Assembly: GCF_964355755.1 (NCBI RefSeq)
Contig: NC_092672.1
Location: 1,054,001-1,118,000, forward strand
Source of the DNA: Antedon mediterranea
Taxonomy: Eukaryota; Animalia; Echinodermata
DNA length: 64,000 bases
Reading direction: 5' to 3'
A model generated the notes under the pieces. That model did not search any database and was not told the origin of the DNA. It saw nothing but the letters and a program-made list of their open reading frames with translations. A program made the position numbers and the translations under genes. Positions 1 through 12,250 of this stretch are shown here, piece by piece (the stretch's first letter is position 1; every line of letters starts with the position of its first letter).

Positions 1-139
1 AATAAAAATGAATGATATGAACATGGTGAAATCATTAATTTACAATACTCTATAAAATACAGTTAAAACTTATACTATAATAATAATCTACATTATAACA
101 TAATAATTTATGTTAAAAAAGTAATTTAATCTTTCTTAG

Positions 140-1992
140 GTGTTCAACTGTTCAGCTCCAGACACAGGTAACATGGAGGTACTGGTGAAATATGGAACAC
201 CGGAACAAAAAGATAAATGGCTTACACCACTCCTAGAGGGCAGTATACGATCATGCTTCGCAATGACAGAACCTAAGGTTTGCTTTGAATAAAATTATTA
301 CTTTATATATATCTATTATTTGAAGTGACAAATAGTTTAAAATAAATAGTAAATCTGTCCTCTCACTACAAAAGTGACTACTTGGTTCTTTCTAGGTGGC
401 ATCGTCAGACGCAACTAACATTGAAGCCGAGATAAAATCAGATGGTAGTGAGTACGTCCTCAACGGTCATAAATGGTGGACGTCCGGTGCAATGGACCCC
501 AGGTGTAAAATATGCATATTCATGGGCAAGACAGACAAATCAGCCAGTAAACACCAACAGCAATCAATGATCCTCGTTCCAATGGACACCCCAGGTGTAC
601 AAGTTGTCCGACCTCTGACTGTGTTTGGCTTTGAGGATGCACCGTCAGGTCATGGTGAGGTCATCTTTGAAGATGTCAGAGTTCCGACTGAGAATTTGCT
701 TCTTGGACCCGGTAGAGGTTTTGAGATTGCTCAGGTATGTTGGAATATAAGTAGCTTTGTTAAAATAAAATGTTAATAATTGCTGTATGTATAAGTATGA
801 TAATGAATTGTAATAAATATAGGGCTAGTAAGAGTAACATATTTTTCCTACAATTTCACATCACTAATAAAACAAGAACTATTATGAATATCATCATTTG
901 TTGATGTTTTCATGAATGCCATTTTAGGGCCGGTTAGGACCAGGTCGTATACATCACTGTATGAGATTGATTGGCAGTGCTGAAAGGGCGCTAGCATTAA
1001 TGGTTGACCGTGTAAGTACTTAACATAATATTAATTACAGTAGGTTCTAAAAAATATGGATACTAACTTACCTAATACAGTACCAAATTCTACGCTATAA
1101 GTTACTTTTCTAACCATAAATAATGCTTATTTTTCATTTAAAGGTACATAATAGAGTTGCTTTTGGTAAGCCATTAGCTACACAAGGCACAATACAGGCT
1201 GACATTGCTGAGTCCAGAATGGAGATAGAACAAGCAAGGTTGCTAACATTGAAGGCTGCTAATATGATGGACACTGTTGGCAATAAAGTAAGTTAGACAC
1301 AATCATAGTTAAAGAAATATAATAGCCGTAGTTAGACTCTTAGTAACAAGCAATAAAATTATACTAAAAAAACAGAATGCATATAATGAAATATTACTTA
1401 TGGACCATGTGACCACTGACGAGATTCATGGAAATATGCAATGTCTACGAAAAACGAAAGTTAGAAGGTGATGAGATCATAAAATCGTAATAGCATATTT
1501 TAGTAAGACCCAATCATAACACTGAACATAGTAAATACATTACATTTTATTTTGTTAATCTTTATAAATTCTATTTATTTTAATTTAATTTTAATTGTTG
1601 CGTGTTTATCTTGTCATTGTATTTTTGTGTTGGTTCCTAATGATCAGCTTTGGCTGGATGCACCACCCTCATAAAATATTGTTGAAATAAATAAACAAAT
1701 TATTAAGTTAGACCCTATCATAGGAGCCATATAATTAAATGTTTTCTATACTGTTATTTTCCAGGCTGCATCAGCTGAAATTGCAATGATCAAAGTGATC
1801 GCACCCAACATGGCTCAGCGCGTCATAGACCGTGCAATGCAGGCATTTGGCGCTGCTGGGCTAAGCTCAGACTTCCCACTAGCCCAACTGTACACCTGGG
1901 CTAGGGTGCTGAGGCTAGCAGATGGACCAGATGAAGTACATCGTAGAGCTATAGCTAAAATAGAAAGCATGAAACATGTTGATAACCGATAA
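140..1992 (+). CDS. ACAD10: Acyl-CoA dehydrogenase family member 10/11-like, last 5 exons (5' part lies outside the window)
   Basis: GT-AG exons 140-277, 396-734, 928-1011, 1144-1287, 1765-1992 join in frame: [15 protein letters not shown]..., CFAMTEP|[15 protein letters not shown]|[23 protein letters not shown]. These motifs are typical of ACAD10/11; the paralog cannot be resolved without the N-terminus. Confidence 0.9.
1620..1700 (+). repeat. Interspersed retroposon 3'-tail fragment (second copy at ~6408-6482)
   Basis: CTAATGATCAGCTTYGGCTGGATG.ACCACCCTCRTAAAATATTGTTGAAATAAATAA is present at both loci. Confidence 0.7.
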
Positions 1993-3891
1993 TACAAATG
2001 GTGTTATAAGTGATAGGTTATAATCATTCCCATACAGTGGTATTGTTTTAGGCAATTGAAATAATCTACTGTAATTTAAAATTTAGTACGAAACGAATAA
2101 GAACAATTATGGAACACATCATGTAAAAATTAATTTATAACTTTTGTAAAATATAATAACTATAGTTTAAAATAAATCCCAGAAAAGTGAATAGAAGAAC
2201 AATGCTAACATTTTTATTTTATTGAATAGTGCCTAAAAAGGATATTCCCATATTAGGCCATATTTACAGTAAGCATGGACTTAACACTGACCTCGCACTC
2301 AAGTATGAGGTCAGGATCAATGTTTGTTGGCAGTGCTACTAATCTCATATATTTATTACGGGTAATTAAATTGAAAAAAAAAACTGTAATATGTTTGAAC
2401 ATTAATTATTGTCTTTGTTTAAAGAAAAAATGTTTTTAGAAAAATTATTGTTAAAATTTTTTCTGAGAATAAATTAATAAAATCACTAATGTATTCAGTG
2501 TAGTGATCATCACAATTAACAAACATAAGTTTGTGTTGTGATATTGTATGTCTGTGTTTCCACAGCCCGAACAAAAATTACAATTATTTTGGCTGTGGAA
2601 ACATGACCCAAGTACTCAAATAAATTATGTAAACAATTACATATTTTTCTTATAATATAGTTGGTTGTTGTCAAGTAATATGGAAGTAATTGTTGATATA
2701 GATATCTAGATATATTTTCAGATTTCAATGTGATTAAATTTATTTAAAAAACAAAATTTGCTGTGTTTTGTAAATGAATTATTTCTTTTTTATCCTGTGT
2801 GACTTCTTCAATAGAAGACAGTTTATACAGAGGGCGCAGTACAGGACCATTCAGCACACCAGGAGACAATTCGCAATGCTTTTCAAATGGTGTGCATGTA
2901 CAATGTTTATACACGGTCCCAACAGCTTTACATCCCATTCGAAGGACGAGTAAAGAATCTAGCTTAATGATATTAAGATGATGATTTTAAAGACAAATAA
3001 AAATCAATGAAATCACACAGTACTTTATATTTTGGTTTATTAAAATAAAATATTGTTTATATACATCTTAATAATAATAAAAATTAAAAATATAATTGTT
3101 AGTAACTAAAAGAGTATTACAATATTAATTTAACATTCAAATTTAAAAGTAATAATTTACATGCTTAGTTCAAATTAGAAAAAAAGTAGCGATTGGCTAT
3201 AAAATATGTCTATACAATTACTGTTACAATTACATGATTTACACATTCCCTCTCACCTGGCAAATATATACTGTAAAAATAAGTCAAAGAACATCGGAGT
3301 AAATGAGGAATCCATCATGAGCAAATGTTTGTATGTTTGAACAACCTCTTAAGCTCTGTCTACACCATCACACTTTATGTGACAATAAAATATGATGTGC
3401 CCATATATGGACATGATATCATATCACTACCACATTTAGGTACCATAATCTGGGCACATCACACCAGTTTGATAGTATAGACAGAGCTTTAGAGCAGCCT
3501 TTCCCTCAAGGCATTACCTGATGATGTCACTAGCCACACTTAACAACATGAGATACATAACCCAACTGAACATTTAGGATATTGTGTTAAAAATATATAT
3601 AAAAATAGTACAACAAATTAACATATTAAAATTACTACATTGGATTCATTATGCACCAAAATCAGATATAATTAAGAATCTGTAAAAAATGCCCACTTCC
3701 TTACTATAGGGATGTGCTTTACTAACAAATGGTGACTTAGTGGGCTTCTTTAAAGGAGATATTAAAATGATTAACACATAAAAATGATATTACAATTATC
3801 GTACAATAGATTCATATGCACCATAATTTTGTTTTAGAATCTGTGAAAGTTAAAAATGTTTGCTTACAATTATGTTGTGCTTTGAGTAAAG

Positions 3892-6800
3892 CTAAAACCT
3901 AAGGGGCTTCACAGGAGAAGATGGAGACCTAAATGAATTCATTGGCAATGGAGAAGGGCTTCTTGCTTCCTGAAATAAAAAGAACGTACAATAAATATTA
4001 TTTCATTATCTAATATTGCACTATTTTATTTATTACATCCTAATAATATTATTTTTTTAAATAAAACAACTAAAAGATACTAATAATAATAGTGTTTAAT
4101 TTATATAGCGAAAAATGCCTCTATGCGCTGAACAAATCAAGTACCACATTAAGTTACTGAATTAAACAGTATGATAGCTCTAAAAACTAAATAATTGCAT
4201 AGACTTAGTAAGCAAGATGTAGTTACTGCAGTAACTGCAGTGGAGTAATTTTGACATTATCTCTAAAGAACCAATGTGATTGGTGTAAGTTTGTAAGAGT
4301 GATTATAATTTACCTTGAATTTTCGTTTCAATGCACGCGTCATTAGTGGCGTTAGTCCAGTCCCATTCTCATCCACGCATCGTCTTCTAAGTGGTGTACC
4401 ACCTGGACTGCGAGGAATGCTAACCTTCTTCAATGAAGTCCTAAAAGCAACTGCTTCATGCGGTAATCTGCAATCAGTAATCATTTATAATTTTATATTT
4501 TTTGAATTTACAAAAATGTTTGCATCTAAAGCCCTATCTACACTTTATGTGACAAACAAATTATGGTGTGTCCATATATGGGCATGATGATGTCATATCA
4601 CTACCATATTTGGGCATCTAAACATTTTAGAGTAAATACTGTACTAACAAAATTATGTTTCTTCAAATAATTTGAAAAAATTCTTACCTCTTTCTTAGTA
4701 CCACTTGGGTTTTAGGACTCACGTTTGACCCCAAACTAAATCTTCTCAATTTGACCTTTTGAAGGTCATTAAGCGATACTAATGGACGTCCCATACGATT
4801 ACCACGCCCAGAATCTGGTGTCTAAATAAAACATTTGAAATTTAAATCTTTAAATCTAAAACCAATTAGTCACTAAAAAGTACTTACAAGCTTAAATCGT
4901 AATGATTAGTTCTTAAATTTAATTGTTATAGTATCATGTGCTTACCTTTTTCTCAGACTCATTTCTGTTGACCTTTCTTAGTTTCACTTTACATAAATCA
5001 TTTGCAGAAATATGAAATGTTTCTTTGTCATTCTTGGTATTTTCCACTCGTCTCTGAAAGTAAGAGCACCCCAAAATACCAAAGTAGTCAAACACAGAAC
5101 AGATAAATAAAATAGTAATTAATTGATCAAAATCTAATAAGAGCTAAATAGTAAGCTATGTATGTATTGCTGGTCATGGAAAAGCTATGCAAACACATTC
5201 AACAACAAAATCTTACCTTCTTAACTTTGTTAAGAACCAACTTGAATTCTTTAACTTGTTTGATTGGCGGTGGGGGTGGTGGCGGTGGAGGAGGTGCACC
5301 AACAGGGGGTGGTGGTGCACCAGGAGGGGGTGGAGGAACGGTAAGTGGTACTGAGGCAGTACGTTTCAATGATGTTGATGAATTATCGGAATCTGACGTT
5401 GAATCAAAATGTGATTTTCCACAACAGCAATTTGCATCAGTCTTGGTTTCCTGATAATAAAGTATTCATTGAGTTAAGCTCTGTCTACACTATCAAACTT
5501 TATGTGACAAAAACAATGTGATGTGCCCATATATGGACATTATGATGTCACAGCACTACCATATTTGGCCATATCACTACCGTATTTGGGCATATCACTA
5601 ATTTACCATATTTGGGCACATCACTTTTTTTGTCAAACTAGTTTGATAGTGTAGACAGAGCTTAAGGTAAAATGTCAAAATTACACAGACTACTGCAGTT
5701 ACTACATTTTTTACACAAATAACGTATGATTTTAGTTTCAACATAGAGATATTATAGTGAACTGGAGAAACAACACTGAATAACCCCCATGGCTTATTGC
5801 TTTAAAACAAAGAGATCCGACGCGATAAGACAGGAAACCACGGTCTATTGATGTTTGATCAAGTCGACCGCCCGTACATGCTCTTGCCGTTGAGGGCGTA
5901 AATACAAGGAACCAGAGCTCGGGAACTAGAGTAGAAAACAACAATCGTTTTTGTGAGCATGCGCATTACTCAAGCTAGCTTTTTAAAAACTGTCGAGTAT
6001 AAAAAAACCGCAATTTTTTTCTGAACAAGTCAAAGAAAACCTGATTAAATTCCGACAATTTGGACGAAAGTTATGTAAGGTTGAAATGTTGGTAAGTTAT
6101 ACGTAATTTTGGATATTTTAGATAAATGAGGTAGTTAAAAAATGATTTTTAATGCATTTCTCATCTGTTCTCACAACTAAGACCTGTTTGGACATCGAGT
6201 GAAAATGCTATTTAATGTAAATATACTGATTTAACCCGTACCTAACATTCCCTATTTGAGTTATTTAAACCTTAAATATCACAATTTTTCACTATAATAT
6301 CTCTATGGTTTCAATCAGTAAACAGTGTATGTTTATAAAAAACAATAATTTGAAATCTTGATTTAAAAATATTACATGTATACTAATTAGTTAGACATAT
6401 TTCTACTGTATTTTGTGAGGTTCTCTAATGATCAGCTTCGGCTGGATGGACCACCCTCGTAAAATATTGTTGAAATAAATAATATAATTTCATTTTCCAA
6501 CTACCTTTTCTTGGAGGATTCTTTCCAGCGACTGCTCTAGTCGAAGCAGCTTAAGCTGAGTACTTTCTAGTTCTTTATGAATCTTAATAGATGGGAAGAC
6601 GATGTCCTTAGCTTTTTCAAAACTCTATACAATAAATGACAAAATATATATAACCATACAGTGCCAGTATAAATGTAACTAATACAGTCAACTGTCCCAA
6701 TACCGGACACCTTTGGGCTGGCCTAACATGTCTGGTTAAATCTAGAAAGTCTGGTATTCAGAATGTGTTTTTAATGGTAAAAATAAATTTGTTAGCCTTT

Positions 6801-7388
6801 GGACCTCAAGTCTCAGTCTGGTTTTGGAAGAGTTTCCAGTAGAGTTGACTGTACCTTTAATGGGAAACAGGTGGCAAAAAATTAAAAAATATTGTAAGTA
6901 GAGAGATTTAGTTTTACTGTACCTGTCCTACAGCCCAGATACATCGTCTATACATGCCAGTAAAGGTAGTCGGAATGAATGCTAGTGGAATAGAACTTAA
7001 ACTGCCGATCCAATTTGTTGCGTCAACCTCTGGAATATTTGTAGCGCCCTCAATAACCATTGACTCATCAGCATCATAGCTGAAAAATAATATTAGAATT
7101 GAAAACAATATTTAAATTTTAGTTTATACAATAATGTTATAATGTCAAATAGAGCTTTATATTTTTTTATTTTTATTTTATTTTATATGGGTCTTCTTTT
7201 TTAAAATTTATCATTAAAACAATTTATTATATATATATAGGTAGTATCACATTATAATTGTTTTAAAAAGTTCACCTATGCATGGCTGCTGCCTCTACTC
7301 TTCTAGCACAGTTGAGTTTAGTCTCTCTTTTTATTTGTCGATATTTTCGCTTCTTTTGTGAAATTGATTGACATCGTTTATTTTTCAT
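3892..7388 (-). CDS. PRR11: Proline-rich protein 11-like (cell-cycle protein), 8 coding exons
   Basis: Exons 7388-7276, 7079-6923, 6624-6505, 5450-5217, 5053-4946, 4821-4688, 4467-4314, 3969-3892 with consistent phases. Basic N-terminus, 'VFPSIKIHKELE', poly-Pro tract, two 'DLxKVKLR' motifs and 'RSPGGTP...GTGLTPLMTRALKRKF' match the PRR11 family. Probable non-coding exon with donor near 7978. Confidence 0.8.
5476..5663. mobile_element. Harbinger/PIF-type MITE family A (representative copy; ~20 copies in the window)
   Basis: TIR AGCTCTGTCTACACTATCAAACT ... AGTTTGATAGTGTAGACAGAGCT with TWA flanks and internal ~20-bp repeats (CACTACCATATTTGGGCATAT). Other full or partial copies near 3351, 4529, 9381, 9784, 12483, 14008, 15512, 17656, 23165, 26835, 31886, 43940, 44842, 46177, 47455, 49237, 49999, 55922, 58167. 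Superfamily inferred from the TWA flanks. Confidence 0.85.
6685..6851. mobile_element. Tc1/mariner (pogo-like) MITE
   Basis: TA|CAGTCAACT ... AGTTGACTG|TA; a related end fragment lies at ~9830-9857. Confidence 0.7.
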
Positions 7389-7979
7389 CTTCTTTCTGGT
7401 GAATATGAAAATGATAGTGTACAGTCAGTAGGTCTACTGTATACGTTATTTAGGAGCTTCAGATTTGTGACGACTTAATTAGAAACTCTTTATATTATTT
7501 TTGTAAATTATGCAGTTACCCCATTTTGTCCAAAATAAAAAAAATTGATATTTATTATTAATAACAAAACAATACACATGTAATTGTAGTGTAGGGTTCT
7601 AGATTAGCTAGGGTAGAGAGAGCTTGGCAGGCCTTAATAGCAGGGGATACGCGCTCCTCCCTAGAAGCCTATAAACCTAAGCCTAAGCCTACTGCTCCTA
7701 GGCCTAGGAGCCTAGCTAGAGGGTGGCCTACTAGTACTAGGCCTAGCTAGTACGTACGTAGTAGGCGGCCTAGCCTACGTGGGCTAGGCTACCTAGCTAG
7801 GCCTAGGCCTAGTAGTAGGCCTCTTTGTTTTGGCTAGGTAGTAGGCTAGTAGAAAGAAGAATATATCGACAGTTAGTATTTTGAGTAGGCCGTGTCCTAT
7901 GCTATATATTAAGGAGATTTCACACTAGGCCTAGGCCTAGTCCTTGATTACATAATAATTAAGTTATTTATTACTTACA

Positions 7980-8170
7980 TTTTCAAGAAACTTTCAAATA
8001 TGTTAAACAAAGTTTGAAGAAGTTTGAATAAACCGCCGTCGCGATTTTATGACACGAAACTTTGGTTTTTTTTGTAATTAGACGTAGAGGGCGATAAACA
8101 CTATTTTCTATTTTCTAGAGGGCGACGTTATGTCAAAATAAAAACACACATAAACAGGTTAGAAGTTTTA
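7980..8170. promoter_or_regulatory. Bidirectional promoter PRR11/GLTP
   Basis: Divergent donor sites near 7978 (-) and 8158/8175 (+), local CpG enrichment, TTTGAA elements and two TAGAGGGCGA motifs. Confidence 0.55.
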
Positions 8171-8512
8171 ACAGGTAAAAATGAATTATTTAGGCCTAAA
8201 ATGAATTATTTAACGTATGAAGTTGTTGCACACAATTAATACGTTTGTAGAGTAATTTAATTTATAATATTTCAACAAAATCGAGTTTAGTAGAGGAGTA
8301 GACTGGGTTAAGAATTTGGATGGGGAATGAATATTGAAGGTTAGGCCTAGGCTAGCCTCTATCTAGGCACTGAAGCGTGACCATCCATTCTACAGCTGCT
8401 CTGGTAGGTACAGTGAGTTTTATTATAGATAACATAAGATTTTGAATTATAATAAAAATATACAATTAAATTTAATTTTTTTTTAGAAGACGCACAAGTC
8501 AAACACAGGGAA

Positions 8513-10147
8513 ATGTCATCTTTTTTTGGAAGCCTAAAGCACAATTATGAAGCAATAAGAGAAGATGGTGATATTGCAACCATTCCATTCCTGGAAGCAT
8601 CCAAGGATTCTGTTATTGGTTTACTAGGTATTATATTAAGACAACACTTATTGTATTACATTCTGCTTTATTAATCCTTTAGCTTTCTGTATTGTCATTT
8701 CCTAAATAATAATAATACATAATAATATTTATTTGTCAAGTTAAAAAGTACACAATATACTACTTTAATTTACTCTTAACGAGAGGTTAAAACGGACAAT
8801 GCAAATAATTTAATAATCTTAAATATAATTATTAATATAAAATATGACGATCTGTGCTGGGGAATTGGGGTGGGTGGAGAAAATTGATTCAAGCCCAGAG
8901 TGCAGTTTATGTAATATTTTCCTGTTTTTTTCCTTTGACCGCTTTTATACGTATATAAATTTGTAATAAACTAATTTTCTTTTATTTGATAATTCTATAT
9001 TTTTCCAGATATTCTTGGTCCAACAACTTTTGCTCTTGTCAAGTCTGATGTTGGTGGCAACATTCATGTAAGAGATGGTTTATGTAAAGAGATTCCAGGA
9101 GTGTATCTTTATTGATTTGATGATTTGAATAAAATTATATTTCCACCATGACAGACATTTTCTCTCTTTTTATTTGAATTACTAGAAATTAAATCTGAAA
9201 TATGAGAAAGACAAAGAGAAGTTTGTGACACTAGGAGCCATGTTGGATGAAGAGAAAGAAAAGGATGAAAGTTGGGGCAAAAACTCCGCAACAGATGCCC
9301 TTATATGGCTCAACAGGTAAACCCAAGTTGCTAATTCTATTTTGTGTGTGTGCTGCATGGCAAACCAACCAACATTTGTAAAGCTCTGTCTATACTATCA
9401 AACTTTATTTGACAACAAAATTTGATGTGCCTATATGGACATGTCATATAACTACCATATTTGGGTGTATCATTGCCATATTTGGGCACATCACATTTGT
9501 TTTGTCAAACTAGTTTGATAGTGTAGACAAAGACAACACAAAGATACAGAACATATTCCACATTTGTTTTTAACAATTTTGTTGTAGGGGTCTAGGATTT
9601 ATCTGCAGCTTCATTAAGAATGTACTAGAGACAACGGCAGCTGATAAAACTCTAGAGGGCTGCATGTCAAAGGCTTACGAGACATCGCTGATGGAGTTCC
9701 ATGGTTGGATGGCGCAGAAAGTCACAGCAGTATGTTAAAATCATTAATATACAATATAAGCCCTATTAAGGGGACACCTCTTCTTTCTACACTATCAAAC
9801 TAGTTTGACAAAAAAAAGTGTGATTTTCAGATAGTCCGGTATTGGGAGAGTTTACTAATAATAATATTTTGTAACTAAAATGAGAGATGGTTCCAGACAA
9901 TTGTTTTTACAACAAGTGTCTTCCACATCCATTTCTTTCCAATTTCACAAGAAGTTTGACATTTTAATTTCAGCTAACATTTAAAGCACTGCCCTACAGA
10001 GAAACATTCATCTCATCTCTATCCAACGGTGTATCTGAGGATCAGTTCTTTGAAGAGGTGAAAGCCTATCAGCAGATATTGGAGCTGCATGTACAATCTG
10101 TTGAGAAGCTGTTTACAGACAGGGCCCTTGATTTAAAACACCGCTAA
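8513..10147 (+). CDS. Glycolipid transfer protein (GLTP/FAPP2-type domain)
   Basis: Exons 8513-8627, 9009-9067, 9186-9316, 9588-9729, 9974-10147. Motifs 'FALVKSDVGGNIHKL', 'SATDALIWLNRGL' and 'AYETSLMEFHGW' carry the D/N/K/W/H glycolipid-recognition residues. Missed by the ORF track because the exons are short. Confidence 0.88.
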
Positions 10148-11013
10148 TGTATCATGCAGTCTGACTGCATGTAGTCATTTGAATCTATATCTATATATAA
10201 CTGTATAAGTTTATTAGATGCAAATTGCAAACATATATAATATATATAAGCAAAAGCCATCCACCGTATTTAGCAAACCACCAGTGTATAAAAGTACTAA
10301 TTTATTTTCAATACTATTTATTTAAATGGTTTTAAAGTATTTAGCAAGCAAATTATGTTTTTAAACAGAGCTGATTAAATTATGCGTAAATTTACAATGT
10401 ATGATACACACATATTAAATATAATTGTGTCACTCAATATCTTCCTAACCATAATTTCACTTTCTTACCATACTCAGTACTGTTTATTAAATGCTGTTAG
10501 TATTGGTGTTGGTGTATTATAGCTAAAATTAAATTATAATAAATTGTTGATTACTTAAAAATGCATGTATATTAAGTACTTATAGTAAAATACATATTCT
10601 ATACTAAGTATAGTATAAAATATATGAATATTTTAATTTTTAACATTTTTTTTAGCAAATTAAGCATAACCAGATTTAAGTATTGCAGCCCTGTCATTGT
10701 TGACAGACAATTAAGCGTTGTTTTTTTAGCAGCTGTACTCCGCGAAAATGACTTAAGATAGACGAAACTTGTCCATACCTGCGCAATTCAGCGAGTCATT
10801 TGCTTTTTTAATGCAAGACTTCCTTGGAACATTGATGATAACTTTTTTTGCAAAATTGACTTTAAGGCTTGTTTAGTTACAAGCCATTGCCTAGAGATGC
10901 TATAAATGTAAACCAGTGGACCAATAAAGCAATGAAGTATTATAGTGATTTATGTGTTGTGAATGTCAGTGGTTATATCAATAAAGTATATCGTAACCTG
11001 AGTACAAGTATTT

Positions 11014-11445
11014 TTGACATTTTGTAGTTATCTGTTTTGTGTGATATGATATTAACACACTAGAACATCAACACTGACATTTTGTAGTTATCTGTTTTGT
11101 GTAATATGATATTAACACACCAGAGCATCAACACTGACATTTTGTAGTTATCTGTTTTGTGTAATATGATATTAACACACCAGAGCATCAACACTGACAT
11201 TTTGTAGTTATCTGTTTTGTGTAATATGATATTAACACACCAGAGCATCAACACTGACGTTTTGTAGTTATCTGTTTTGTGTAATATGATATTAACACAC
11301 CAGAGCATCAACACTGACATTTTGTAGTTATCTGTTTTGTGTAATATGATATTAACACACCAGAGCATCAACACTGACATTTTGTAGTTATCTGTTTTGT
11401 GTAATATGATATTAACACACCAGAGCATCAACACTGACGTTTTGT
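11014..11445. repeat. 60-bp minisatellite, ~7 copies
   Basis: Unit TGACATTTTGTAGTTATCTGTTTTGTGTAATATGATATTAACACACCAGAGCATCAACAC repeats in register with the 60-nt lines; lies between the convergent GLTP and NPHP4 3' ends. Confidence 0.95.
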
Positions 11446-12250
11446 ATGGCATGTGGAGTTTAGTTTGGCAATGTGAGAGGGGTGCAAGTAAATTAAACTT
11501 TTTATTTTTTATTGTTTATACAAATACATGTAATAAAGGATAAGCGTACGTGTGAACAGGACCTTTATTTATACTCATTTGAGTTAGAAAATTACAAACA
11601 TATAAAATATTTACAATAATATAAATAGTATTTACATAAATTTACATATAATTATTATGATTTTGCAAAACAGAAAGCACATGATATCAAGGTATGTTTT
11701 CTTAGAAAAAATCATCTTGAAAATATGAACAATTGGTTATCAAGAATTCAAGGTTTGCATGTAAAAATGGAAGAAACCGAATAAATAATGAGAGAAGGTT
11801 AAATGTAAATAAAAATATCTTGGTCCAATGAATTTAAACAAATGTCATCAAGCAGTGAACAGATTATGGCTAAATATAGTACTGCAGTATCATATATAGT
11901 ACTGCAGTATCATATATAGTACTGCAGTATCATATTTATCTTTCCTCAGTACTCTCTTGACTAAATGGTTGATCCAACTTTGTATGTGTTCACCAGCTCC
12001 ACCAGCTGGTGCTATATATTTATAGACAGCCTTAACAATATGTTGTCATCTGAATATGCAGCAGCTCTGTGAGATCCCAACACACCAACTATCTATTCTT
12101 GATTGCATCCTGGTTATCCTGGTATAACTGACCTAAATGAATTTTGTCCATGTCTTAAAAGGATTGCTGTGGTTGAGATCTTCAAACCATAAAACTACTC
12201 ATAGCTGCTCCCAGTAGATACAAATATTCATTCTTGTTTGTACCATGGTA

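Noticed and set aside
2744-2981. Short overlapping ORFs between ACAD10 and PRR11
   Set aside because: No recognisable homology or splice context; left unassigned.
5158-5454. Gly-rich plus-strand ORF
   Set aside because: It is the antisense shadow of the PRR11 poly-proline exon.
10152-10171. Palindrome CATGCAGTC-T-GACTGCATG after the GLTP stop, and hairpin CTGACCTC..GAGGTCAG at ~2288-2313
   Set aside because: Single short inverted repeats with no supporting family or motif.
11060-11452. 130-aa repetitive ORF (also 25560-25857, 27673-28137, 37868-38100)
   Set aside because: These are open frames produced by minisatellite units that happen to lack stops; there are no splice signals or protein-family features.
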